Part shown: positions 46,753-56,098 of the stretch, piece after piece
Layout of the letters: the number at the start of each line of letters is the position of its first letter
Position numbering within the stretch: the stretch's first letter is position 1
DNA from: a virus
IMG/VR virus record: IMGVR_UViG_3300008952_003529
Length of the DNA stretch: 64,000 nucleotides
Direction: 5' to 3' (one strand)
Notes under the pieces: generated by a model
Told to the model about the DNA's origin: nothing
Databases searched by the model: none
The model's input: the letters and a program-made list of their open reading frames with translations, nothing else
Position numbers and translations under genes: made by a program

Positions 46753-47904
46753 ATGGAGGTTGTCATAAGAGGACCGCTTTTAAGCGTCACTGGTTACGGC
46801 GTACACACGCGCCAACTATTTTCGTGGGCTCAGTCTCGTGGTATGAACGTACATGCAAGTATTGTACCCTGGGGTATTTGTACGTACTATGTGAATCCCG
46901 AAGCACTAAATGGATTGATTGGTGAAATTATGAGTAAAACAACGCCAGTCGAAAATGCTGATCTCTCATTCCAGGTTCAGTTGCCAGATGAATGGGACCC
47001 TACACTAGCGAAAACGAATATTGGTGTCACTGCGGGTGTCGAGGCAGATATCTGTTCGCAGACATGGGTTGAGGCATGTAAGAAAATGCATAAAGTAATA
47101 GTCCCAAGCACATTTACTAAAAAAACCTTTGTTAGAAGCGGGGTCCCTGAAGACAAAATTTGGGTGATTCCAGAAGCGCATAGCGTAAAAGATGACACTT
47201 CCCTTATACTCGATGCGCAGTTAAGCGGTCTTCCAACTAGCTTTAATTTTTTAATGTTTGGGCAGTTAACAGGCCACACTCCGGAAACAGATAGAAAAAA
47301 TACGTTTTACGCGCTCCGTTGGCTTTCAGAACTGTTTAAGGACGACAAAGATGTTGGGATAATAGTAAAAACGAACCTGGGTCGGTTCACTACAAAAGAT
47401 AGAGAGCATGCCAGAATCCTTTTTGAGGGTCTAGTAAACGAAATTAGGGTAGGCGATTACCCAAGGTTTTATCTTGCTCATGGAATGCTAGACGAAACTG
47501 AGATATCAACCCTGTATAGAAACAAAACAGTGAAGGCTTTGATTGCGCCCACCAGAGGCGAGGGCTGGGGGTTACCTATTCTAGACGCTGCATGTGCTGG
47601 GTTACCAATCATTACCACTGATTACTCTGGCCATTTAGACTTTTTAGAAAGTGTAAAATTTCTATCACTAGACTATACTCTTGTTCCAGTTCCGCCTTCT
47701 AGATGCGATGGAAGAGTGTGGATCGAGGGATCGAAGTGGGCAGACGTGAAAGAGTCCTCGTTTAAGTCTCGTGTAAAGAAATTTAGGAAGGGCTCTACTT
47801 TACCCGAAGAGTGGGCTAAGTCAGCTGCCCCGAAATTACAAAAAGAATACTCACTAAATGCCGTATCAATGGAATATGACAAATTCATGGAGAAGTGCTT
47901 TTGA
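46753..47904 (+). CDS. GT4 glycosyltransferase
   Basis: TGYGVH, RGEGWGLPILDA..AGLP. Confidence 0.9.
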   Translation: MEVVIRGPLLSVTGYGVHTRQLFSWAQSRGMNVHASIVPWGICTYYVNPEALNGLIGEIMSKTTPVENADLSFQVQLPDEWDPTLAKTNIGVTAGVEADICSQTWVEACKKMHKVIVPSTFTKKTFVRSGVPEDKIWVIPEAHSVKDDTSLILDAQLSGLPTSFNFLMFGQLTGHTPETDRKNTFYALRWLSELFKDDKDVGIIVKTNLGRFTTKDREHARILFEGLVNEIRVGDYPRFYLAHGMLDETEISTLYRNKTVKALIAPTRGEGWGLPILDAACAGLPIITTDYSGHLDFLESVKFLSLDYTLVPVPPSRCDGRVWIEGSKWADVKESSFKSRVKKFRKGSTLPEEWAKSAAPKLQKEYSLNAVSMEYDKFMEKCF

Positions 47905-48233
47905 CTGGGGTAGAGATAATATTGGCATGTAGCTTATTCATTATGACCGTGATTGCAGGAATTGCGATATATTTTGCTGTAAAATTTGGTGTTTTGATTT
48001 TGAGTATTGAAGATGCTATTGAGGAGAGTCTTGATGTGTTAGATGAAAGATACATGTCTATTAGCGAGGTCATTGAGATTCCGCTATTTTCAGACAGCCC
48101 GCAGATTCGACAAGTTCATTTTGATTTGCGACGATCAAGAGAAGCCATTCTTTCAATCGCGCATATACTAGTTGACGATTTTAATAGATTAGAGGATATT
48201 GAGGATGGCGAAGACCAGAAAAAAAATACGTAG
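47895..48233 (+). CDS. Small membrane-anchored hypothetical protein
   Basis: N-terminal hydrophobic helix. Confidence 0.55.
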   Translation: MLLTGVEIILACSLFIMTVIAGIAIYFAVKFGVLILSIEDAIEESLDVLDERYMSISEVIEIPLFSDSPQIRQVHFDLRRSREAILSIAHILVDDFNRLEDIEDGEDQKKNT

Positions 48234-48936
48234 AAATCCTGGTAAAAAAAGGAACATGTATTTTAATAAAGATACACAGGCAGCGATTGAAGAATACCAG
48301 CAAGAGGAGTGCCTCGATAAAAGAGAGGTTATTTATCGGGAAAAAATTCTACCTGCATTTGAGCAATTATCAGAGAGCTTAATCTTTGTTTATGGGTTTC
48401 ATTCCCCCTATGACAGCGTGCACGCTCTTAAGTCTGATTGCGTAACCTTTTTATACGAAACGATTTATAAGTGGGACCCCGCAAGAGGAACAAAGGCCTT
48501 CTCTTATTTTAATGTCGTCGCAAAAAATTGGCTTATTATCCGTTGTCGGAACGCGATGAAAGAGAACCGTCGTCACGTATCGATGTCAGACCTCTCAACA
48601 ATGTCTTCTAGAGATAAGCACAAAGTGGCAAACAGCAGTGTCGCTCCATCGCCGCAAGATATTTTAGAGTTGGGAGAGTTACGGGGAAATATCCTGAAGG
48701 TGATTGAAGAGATCGAAAAGCGGGTATCAAAAGATAACGAGAAAATCTGTGTAAGCGCTATACGAACTGTTTTTGAAAACATTGATAACCTTGATTTTTT
48801 GAACAAGCGTGCTATTTACGTTTACGTAAGGGAGATCTCGGGTTTGACTTCGAAGCAGTTATCAGTTGCAATGTCAAAGATACGAAAGCACTACAAGGAT
48901 ATTGTTCATGATTCCCGAATCGTGGATTTATTTTAG
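48205..48936 (+). CDS. Phage-encoded sigma-factor-like protein, candidate late sigma
   Basis: Region-2-like KWDPARGTKAFSYFNVVAKNW; C-terminal HTH; lies just ahead of the baseplate genes; track start 48199. Confidence 0.7.
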   Translation: MAKTRKKIRRNPGKKRNMYFNKDTQAAIEEYQQEECLDKREVIYREKILPAFEQLSESLIFVYGFHSPYDSVHALKSDCVTFLYETIYKWDPARGTKAFSYFNVVAKNWLIIRCRNAMKENRRHVSMSDLSTMSSRDKHKVANSSVAPSPQDILELGELRGNILKVIEEIEKRVSKDNEKICVSAIRTVFENIDNLDFLNKRAIYVYVREISGLTSKQLSVAMSKIRKHYKDIVHDSRIVDLF

Positions 48937-48945
48937 GTAAGCATT

Positions 48946-49314
48946 ATGGCTGACAACATCAAAAGTACACTTCAAAACTTTGAAAAAACAAAAAAGAAAA
49001 TAGCAGACTTTGAAGAGATCCTCACCAAGATTAAGCATGCCGATGCAAAGAAACGTATATTATGGAAAGAGATATATGATAATGCATTAACCGATCGTCA
49101 AAATGCTCATATCTTGTTTGTTGAGGCATACACATGCATGACAAATTCATCTGCGGAACATGTCACCTTGGGTTCTACACTATCGAAATATTTAGAGAGG
49201 ATGGCAAAATCAAACGAGCAATTATTGAAGCTGGCTGACTTAATTTCAAAGTCAGAATCAGAGCATAATTCGATAAACGCTGATGAGCTATTTTCGAAAA
49301 TTCAGGATGAGTGA
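48946..49314 (+). CDS. Hypothetical helical protein
   Basis: Coiled-coil-like; coupled to the next gene. Confidence 0.6.
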   Translation: MADNIKSTLQNFEKTKKKIADFEEILTKIKHADAKKRILWKEIYDNALTDRQNAHILFVEAYTCMTNSSAEHVTLGSTLSKYLERMAKSNEQLLKLADLISKSESEHNSINADELFSKIQDE

Positions 49315-51056
49315 TGGCAAAAGGTTCAGGAACTGACGCAGTAGCGAAAATTAATAACCCCACCTCGAGCATTGCAGCAGAGGTGGAAGCAGCCCAAACT
49401 GCAGGTCCAACACAGGTCCTGCAACGCGCCGTGGTGGTTGAAGTGCTATATGATCTCGCTGCATTTACCGAAGATGAATTTACAGAGCTACAAGCGATTG
49501 TTTCGACACCAGACCTTTTAGCTTCCACTCCACGGAACTCTATTATAGCTCGACCAGTTACTGCCGGAGCAGATAAACGAGCGACCGTTGAGAAGGATGA
49601 AGAGAGTGGAGAAGAAAAGGGAGTCGTGGGGGTTCTTTGTTACCCTTTCTTTCCGCCCCATCTGTGTTTTCCAGTTAAGCCCGGAGAACAAGTGTGGCTT
49701 ATATCTGATTCGCCAGATGTAACAGCGGGAGTTCTCTACTGGATGTGTCGTATTCCAGAAGCAGACCATATTGATGGTCTCAATTTCACTCATGGTGATA
49801 GAAAATTTATTGGTTCGACTGGTGAGAAAAGTTCATCTGAAAAAGCCGCTTCCGCACAAGGCGAAGAAGTAGCAGAAGCAGCAGAAGTATTTGGGTTCCC
49901 TAATGGCCCCGGGGTGCAGGATGCGTATTCCTTGAATGGCGAGCTCGCGTATGAAGATGTTGTGAACGCTTCGTTGAGTTATATGTCATTTATTCCAGAA
50001 CCAATTCCTCGCTTTACTAAGAGGCCTGGCGATCTAGTCATTCAAGGCTCAAATAATGCATTGATTTGCCTTGGTCAAGATCGCGGATGGACCCATGATT
50101 CTAGTAATGCTGCTCGACAAACCTCAGACGGAGCAGAGCAGTCAAATGCAACGTTAGAAGACGGTGACACGACTAAGGACGCTGAAATAAGCACGGGGGC
50201 AGTGGATATTGTTGCTGGAAGAGGACGCTACGATTTTCGAGTGCTTGGCGGCGCGGTAGATGATGATCCCGCATTAACATCTTCAAGAACTGTAGAGAAC
50301 GTACCTCCCGATGAGGGTCGGGAGCCTTATCCAGAAACAAACAAAAACCCTGTTGGGAATGACACAGCTGGCGTAAATCGTTTCGACGGTCCCACAGAGG
50401 GAGACCCCGACTTAGAAAATGACGCTGCAAGAGTGTATGTTGCGATGGCAACTGAAGTAGATAAGAACTTCCATATTGATACTCCTGGAGACACCATCCC
50501 GACAGCGATCGATAGCAATGTTAAAGCAGCAGAAGATGAGTCATCTATTGAATATCCCGCTGCTGTGGTCGTAAAGTCCGATGAGGTGAGAATAATAGCC
50601 AGGAAGAAGGACTCGGGGGACCCTGTTAGTGGCGCTCCAGAAATTAATGGTAGCATTAGGCTCATTAAGGAGGGGGACGCCAGTGATGATCTGGCTGCTA
50701 TCTTTATACTTCCTGATGGCACCATTCAAATTAGTGGAAAGCAGATTCTTTTAGGACGTGCTCACGCGGACGGCAGAACAAAGTCTATCTACGCAATGCT
50801 GGATGGCGGTGATCCCATGGGTCCTGATGATGCTGAACCCTGGGTTCGCTTTTCTGATTTAAAGAAATTATTTGGTCAACTTTATGAAGCTTTAGACCAG
50901 TGTTGTCAAACGCTTCAGACAAATATTTGTCCAATCATTGGACCCAACCCTCAAGTTACTGCCGCTGCAACGCAGCTTCAAGCAATGTTGAAAATTCATA
51001 AGACTCGCACACAAGATTTTGACGAGTTAGCATCTACAAGAATTTGGGGAGAATAA
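49311..51056 (+). CDS. Probable baseplate hub/spike (gp5/VgrG-like) protein
   Basis: N-terminal OB-like ..PVKPGEQVW..YW; GDLVIQGSNNALICLG; lies upstream of the gp25-like gene. Confidence 0.55.
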   Translation: MMAKGSGTDAVAKINNPTSSIAAEVEAAQTAGPTQVLQRAVVVEVLYDLAAFTEDEFTELQAIVSTPDLLASTPRNSIIARPVTAGADKRATVEKDEESGEEKGVVGVLCYPFFPPHLCFPVKPGEQVWLISDSPDVTAGVLYWMCRIPEADHIDGLNFTHGDRKFIGSTGEKSSSEKAASAQGEEVAEAAEVFGFPNGPGVQDAYSLNGELAYEDVVNASLSYMSFIPEPIPRFTKRPGDLVIQGSNNALICLGQDRGWTHDSSNAARQTSDGAEQSNATLEDGDTTKDAEISTGAVDIVAGRGRYDFRVLGGAVDDDPALTSSRTVENVPPDEGREPYPETNKNPVGNDTAGVNRFDGPTEGDPDLENDAARVYVAMATEVDKNFHIDTPGDTIPTAIDSNVKAAEDESSIEYPAAVVVKSDEVRIIARKKDSGDPVSGAPEINGSIRLIKEGDASDDLAAIFILPDGTIQISGKQILLGRAHADGRTKSIYAMLDGGDPMGPDDAEPWVRFSDLKKLFGQLYEALDQCCQTLQTNICPIIGPNPQVTAAATQLQAMLKIHKTRTQDFDELASTRIWGE

Positions 51057-51059
51057 CCG

Positions 51060-52139
51060 ATGGCTGAGAAATTTACGTTTGGGCTTGAGTCAGAAGCAGC
51101 CGATGCGACAGTCAAATTAATACAAATAGACACGCTCGGAATCAGAGTGACTGCTGCAAACCTCGCCGCAGTTGCTGCCGCCATGGCCCTCGCCGCAGCC
51201 GAAGCCGCTATGGCAGCAGCTGAAGATGAGTTGGCTCTTGCCGAAGCAGCTGAGGCCGCAGCCCTCGCGGCACTGGCGGGCGGTGCTGAAACACCCGCCG
51301 GCCTTCTTCGAGCTTTGCCCCTTCCATTCGGGTCAATTATTCCCGAGCCTCCCGAGATAGCCTTACCGACGCTTAGCGGAAGCGGCCCTGATGTAGAGGG
51401 AGATACAGAGACTGTTGAGATGTTTGCCGCCCTAACAGAGATGAGCGGAATTCAAAAAGAGATGGGTGATGCTGTATTCGCAACACTAGACCCAATCCTC
51501 CAAGGGCTTGAGGGCGATCTTACGTACGCTGTAGCTGATACCGCAATTTTCGCTGCAGGTATAACCGACGAGCCCCATGATACCCGTCCACCGCTTCCTG
51601 TATCAGAGGTTGTGCCAAGCATGGCCCGAATGCAATTATTTGACGAGTTTGTATACGCTCTCCGCCGCGCAACCATGGCCGCCGGAACTGAAGACCCCGA
51701 AGCTCCTGGAAAAATTCTTTGTGCATATATGGCATTAGCGGTTGAGAAATTTGTACGTAGAGCAGTTATTCGGGTGTCATTACCAGATGACAAAATTATA
51801 TCATTAACCGCTGATCTTAATACCTTCGGGACAAACACAGCTGCAAAATCTGCTGAGAACATTACGTTATTCGGTAATCCAAGCTTAACAGAGTGCGACT
51901 ATAATGGTACCAGCGGCGAACTTGGTTCATACGATCTACAGTCTGCAGATATGTTACTTGGATTTAACATCGTTCCGCAGCTCACATTTTATGGTGGTAT
52001 CGATACACTAAAGGACTACGGGTATAATTTCGATGCTGGAAATAGTGATCCGCTGTATCGAGCGGAGGGAGGGGAGGTACCCTTGGTGAATCTTCAAGCT
52101 ATCCTGATGGGCCTTAAAAACGGAATAAACTTTATCTAG
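51060..52139 (+). CDS. Baseplate-region protein with an Ala/Glu-rich helix
   Basis: AAAMALAAAEAAMAAAEDELALAEAAEAAALAALAGG; assigned by synteny. Confidence 0.5.
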   Translation: MAEKFTFGLESEAADATVKLIQIDTLGIRVTAANLAAVAAAMALAAAEAAMAAAEDELALAEAAEAAALAALAGGAETPAGLLRALPLPFGSIIPEPPEIALPTLSGSGPDVEGDTETVEMFAALTEMSGIQKEMGDAVFATLDPILQGLEGDLTYAVADTAIFAAGITDEPHDTRPPLPVSEVVPSMARMQLFDEFVYALRRATMAAGTEDPEAPGKILCAYMALAVEKFVRRAVIRVSLPDDKIISLTADLNTFGTNTAAKSAENITLFGNPSLTECDYNGTSGELGSYDLQSADMLLGFNIVPQLTFYGGIDTLKDYGYNFDAGNSDPLYRAEGGEVPLVNLQAILMGLKNGINFI

Positions 52140-52161
52140 ATGAGGGAATTTATCGGGGTAG

Positions 52162-52168
52162 ATAATTA
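52162..52168 (+). promoter_or_regulatory. Putative late promoter ATAATTA
   Basis: Intergenic, 15 nt before the ATG of the gp25-like gene. Confidence 0.5.
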
Positions 52169-52183
52169 ACGTCAGGAGTCGAC

Positions 52184-52690
52184 ATGGCAATAGTCCCAAT
52201 TGGTAATAGAAAAGTTTATTCTTTCAAGTCTGTAGGGCAAGATGCTGCTGAAAGAAAAAAGTTTAGAGCGGAGCAGATTAGCGCTAGAAATAAGACGGCT
52301 TTTGGTATAAAGACTCCAGTACAATTATCAACTGGAGGTACTGAATTTCTTAAGATGAATTATTCTATGGCAGATCAAGTTTCCGATAATTTTAGAAACT
52401 TGATTTTGACAAATCATGGAGAGCGGTTGGGGTTTCCAGATTTCGGGGCAAATCTCATGGAATTGGCATTCGAGTTACAGAGCGAAGACGGCCAACAGGA
52501 AGCTGTTCACCGTATTAGCAAAGCAGCTGGAAAGTATATGCCCTATTTAATACCCAATACTTTTGAAGCGATTGTTGATCATTTTGATAATCAGACGGTT
52601 GCGAAAGTCGGCCTTAGGATAAGTTACGATATTCCGAAACTAAAGGTAAGTAATAGAATTTTAGAAGTGATCATCTACACTGCGAGTTAA
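52184..52690 (+). CDS. Baseplate wedge subunit, gp25/GPW-like
   Basis: NLILTNHGERLGFPDFGANL. Confidence 0.88.
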   Translation: MAIVPIGNRKVYSFKSVGQDAAERKKFRAEQISARNKTAFGIKTPVQLSTGGTEFLKMNYSMADQVSDNFRNLILTNHGERLGFPDFGANLMELAFELQSEDGQQEAVHRISKAAGKYMPYLIPNTFEAIVDHFDNQTVAKVGLRISYDIPKLKVSNRILEVIIYTAS

Positions 52691-52696
52691 TAAAAA

Positions 52697-54541
52697 ATGG
52701 CAAATGATATAAAGAAGCAATTAAAGAAAGAGCTACAACGAAATTATCTCGCAAAAGATTTTACGGGTTTTAGGAGTGACTTATTGAGTCATGCTAGGGT
52801 GTATTTCCCTGACAAAATAAAAGACTTCACAGAAGCTAGTCTTGGGGGTATGCTTTTAGATATGGCAGCATTCGTGGGAGACTCGATGTCTTTCTATTTA
52901 GACCACCAATTTAATGAGCTAAATTGGTCCACTGCTATTGAAGCTAAAAATGTTAAGAAGCATCTACGAAATGCTGGTGTAAAGGTTCGAGGAGCAGCTC
53001 CCTCCATTGCAGAGGTAAGGTTTTATTTTGAGATACCAGCAAAGCTATCTGGGACCGAGTACGGTCCAGACTCTTCTCTTTTGCCCAAGGTGGGTCGAGG
53101 CACTAAGTTAGCTTCTGCTAAAGGGGTTCCATTTTCGTTGATAGACGATCTAGACTTTACTGAGAAAGACTTATTGGGAAACTACCTTTATGATGCGATA
53201 CTTGTTGAAGTTGATGATGCTGGAGATCCATCCAGCTATGTTGTTAGCATGATCGGAATATGTCTATCTGGTGAAGAAAAGACTGAGTCAATAAAGATCC
53301 CCAATTTGCACAAGCCCTTTCGTACGTTGACATTAGCCGCTGAAAATATCACAGACATCATAAGCGTAAAGGACAGCGAAGATAATGAATATTACGAGGT
53401 AGATAATCTTACACAAGATACTGTGTTTCAGGCTGTGCTTAATACGACTGAAGACGCTGAGCAGGTGCCTAATAATATTGAAATAATCCCAGCTCCCTAC
53501 CGCTTTCTTACAATCTATGATTACAATACAAAATTAACGAAACTTCGATTTGGTGGTGGTGATGCTCAGACTCTTGATAACGACATTGTTCCTGATCCAG
53601 CCGATTTAGCATTGCCAATGTACGGAAAAACTGTAATGAGTAGATTTTCCATTGATCCTGGCTCGTTATTACAAACACAAACTCTTGGAATAGCACCTAG
53701 AAATACAACTCTAAAAATAACATATCGCTACGGTGGAGGGCTAAATCATAACGTGGCTGCCAATACAATCAAGACGGTAGACACACTATATCTCACATTC
53801 CCCAGCGTCGCAAACGCGACAGGAGCCAATAATGTTAGGGGCTCGGTAGATATTTTGAACGAAGATCCCGCCTCAGGTGCAGATAATGCTCCAACTCTTG
53901 AAGAGCTTCGTGCACAGATTCCAGCGGCGCGTCAAGCCCAGAATAGAATCATTACCAAACCCGATTTGGTTTCAAGAATTTATACCTTGCCCAACAAGTT
54001 TGGGAGAGTGTATCGTGTAGGTGTACAGCCAAACCCTATAAATTCTTTAGCGTCTCAAATATTCGTTATTTCAAGAGACAAAAACAAAAAGCTTGGACTA
54101 ACACCTGATACGCTTAAGAAAAACATGAGAAAATACCTTAATGAATTTCGTGCTGTTAGCGATGCATTTGATATTTTAGATGCTCAGATTATTAATTTTG
54201 CTCTTGATTTTGTGATTGTAGCTCATCCGGCATCTAATAAGACACAGGTTGCGCAAAAAGCAATCCAAGCTTTGGCGAAGATTTTAGACACGAAGAATTT
54301 TCAGATCGATATGCCTATTGCGCTTTCAGACATAACAAACACAATCTTAAATACTGACGGGGTAATTTCTTTGGTGGCACTGGAACTTTCAAATAAGACG
54401 GGTACAATCGAAGATCGCGTCTATAGCGATGTTTCATTCAACCCTCAGGCAAACACATACCAACAGATGGTGATTGGCCCCGCTGGGTCAATCTTTGAAT
54501 TGAAGTTTCCAAAATCTGATATAACAGTTTCGGTAAGGTGA
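52697..54541 (+). CDS. Baseplate wedge protein, gp6/J-like
   Basis: YLAKDF..FR..L, MAAFVGD..SFYLD, YRYGGG..HNV.AN, ASGADN..TLEE, RIITKPD. Confidence 0.85.
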   Translation: MANDIKKQLKKELQRNYLAKDFTGFRSDLLSHARVYFPDKIKDFTEASLGGMLLDMAAFVGDSMSFYLDHQFNELNWSTAIEAKNVKKHLRNAGVKVRGAAPSIAEVRFYFEIPAKLSGTEYGPDSSLLPKVGRGTKLASAKGVPFSLIDDLDFTEKDLLGNYLYDAILVEVDDAGDPSSYVVSMIGICLSGEEKTESIKIPNLHKPFRTLTLAAENITDIISVKDSEDNEYYEVDNLTQDTVFQAVLNTTEDAEQVPNNIEIIPAPYRFLTIYDYNTKLTKLRFGGGDAQTLDNDIVPDPADLALPMYGKTVMSRFSIDPGSLLQTQTLGIAPRNTTLKITYRYGGGLNHNVAANTIKTVDTLYLTFPSVANATGANNVRGSVDILNEDPASGADNAPTLEELRAQIPAARQAQNRIITKPDLVSRIYTLPNKFGRVYRVGVQPNPINSLASQIFVISRDKNKKLGLTPDTLKKNMRKYLNEFRAVSDAFDILDAQIINFALDFVIVAHPASNKTQVAQKAIQALAKILDTKNFQIDMPIALSDITNTILNTDGVISLVALELSNKTGTIEDRVYSDVSFNPQANTYQQMVIGPAGSIFELKFPKSDITVSVR

Positions 54542-54547
54542 TTAAGA

Positions 54548-56098
54548 ATGTTTTACATCGTAACAGCTAGTTCAGACACTTATATTACAAACAAGATTAT
54601 AGACAATAACTTTAGAGCGACCGACGCTAACGTAGGAAGAGCCGCAACGTTAGACCTCTTTAAACTATACGACGAGTCGGTCTATACATCGGGATCTACG
54701 AGGGTTACTTCATCTGTCAGCGAGCTATCGAGAATATTAGTTAAATTTAATTACGACACAATCCAGACACTAGCAAGCTCATCGCTAGATTTTACTCATT
54801 CGAGTTTCAAGGCAGTACTGGAATTAAATGAAATACAAACTGGTGCTCCGGTTCCACGAGATTTCTGGGTCGTTTCTTATCCGCTAGCGCAGCAGTTCAA
54901 TGAAGGCTCCGGCCGGGATACATCACGCTTTACTGACGTCGACGCTGCAAACTACACAACTGCCTCATATTCATCTGGGACACCTGTATTATGGAACACG
55001 AGCGGGTCTAACAAAGGTGGATACCTGGGAGACTCTGGGGTCGATTTTATTCTTAGCGGTGCCATTGGATCGTCAGTGGTTGATTTTGGAGCCTCTCAAT
55101 ATTTTAAAGAAGGTCCTGGGAAGATCTCTCTTGATGTCACGAATGTAGTGTCTTGTTCACTAGCCAGCTCAATTCCTAATTTCGGTTTCAGGATAACTTT
55201 TAGTGGCTCGTATGACACTGATACAAAGACACGGTTTGCTAAACGTTTTGCATCTAGACATGTAAGAAATAAGTTGCTATCTCCACGTCTTCTCATTACG
55301 TGGAATAATACGATGAAAGATTCACACCTTAATTTCGTATTTAACTCATCTGCTAGTTTATTTTTACGAAATACCATTGGTGGCACGTCAACCAACCTAA
55401 GGTCTGGTTCGGCATTGACTGAGCTGAGTGGTGAAGACTGCATTTTATTAACGCTGGTCAGCGGCTCGGGTGCTACTGCTTCGTATACATTTATTACTGC
55501 ATCTCAGCATACTGGCTCCGCCACAAGCGCCGGTATGCCGGGAGTGTACTCTGCTTCATTCGCGTTGAACCAATTTGATTCATCATTTTTTAAGACGATG
55601 AAAGGTAATAATGAACTTACATTTACTGAAATATGGTCATCGCTTGATCGTACTATCGGATATATGACGGGATCGTTAACCGTTAAAAAAACAGCTGTGG
55701 CATCTAACGCGTTTGTGAATAGAAAGCTTTTATTCACCGCGACCAATGCATTGCCTGAGTATAAGCAATATTCTCGTGTTACGATGAGGTTATTTGTAGA
55801 AGATGTTGAAGCGCAACGTAAGACAAAGGCGTACAAGCTTCCTCGAGAACTTGAAACGATAATTGTTGACAAAGTGTATTACAGGATTCGTGATATCGAG
55901 TCTGGCACCATTATGGTTCCCTTCGATGAGATACGTGATTCCACCAGAGTAGCTGTTGATTCTGCCGGGATGTATATAGACTTTCGTACTTCTGGATTGC
56001 CCCACAACAGAAATTACACTATTGACCTACTCGTAAAAGATAGAAACATCTCTGAAATTGTTGAGCTTAATAACGTATCATTTATGGTTGTTTCTTAA
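54548..56098 (+). CDS. Baseplate-associated structural protein
   Basis: ASSDTYIT N-terminus; SGS-rich; assigned by synteny. Confidence 0.6.
   Translation: MFYIVTASSDTYITNKIIDNNFRATDANVGRAATLDLFKLYDESVYTSGSTRVTSSVSELSRILVKFNYDTIQTLASSSLDFTHSSFKAVLELNEIQTGAPVPRDFWVVSYPLAQQFNEGSGRDTSRFTDVDAANYTTASYSSGTPVLWNTSGSNKGGYLGDSGVDFILSGAIGSSVVDFGASQYFKEGPGKISLDVTNVVSCSLASSIPNFGFRITFSGSYDTDTKTRFAKRFASRHVRNKLLSPRLLITWNNTMKDSHLNFVFNSSASLFLRNTIGGTSTNLRSGSALTELSGEDCILLTLVSGSGATASYTFITASQHTGSATSAGMPGVYSASFALNQFDSSFFKTMKGNNELTFTEIWSSLDRTIGYMTGSLTVKKTAVASNAFVNRKLLFTATNALPEYKQYSRVTMRLFVEDVEAQRKTKAYKLPRELETIIVDKVYYRIRDIESGTIMVPFDEIRDSTRVAVDSAGMYIDFRTSGLPHNRNYTIDLLVKDRNISEIVELNNVSFMVVS

Noticed and set aside
51160-51300. 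GC-rich patch as a horizontally acquired island
   Set aside because: It is explained by a run of GCN alanine codons within one ORF
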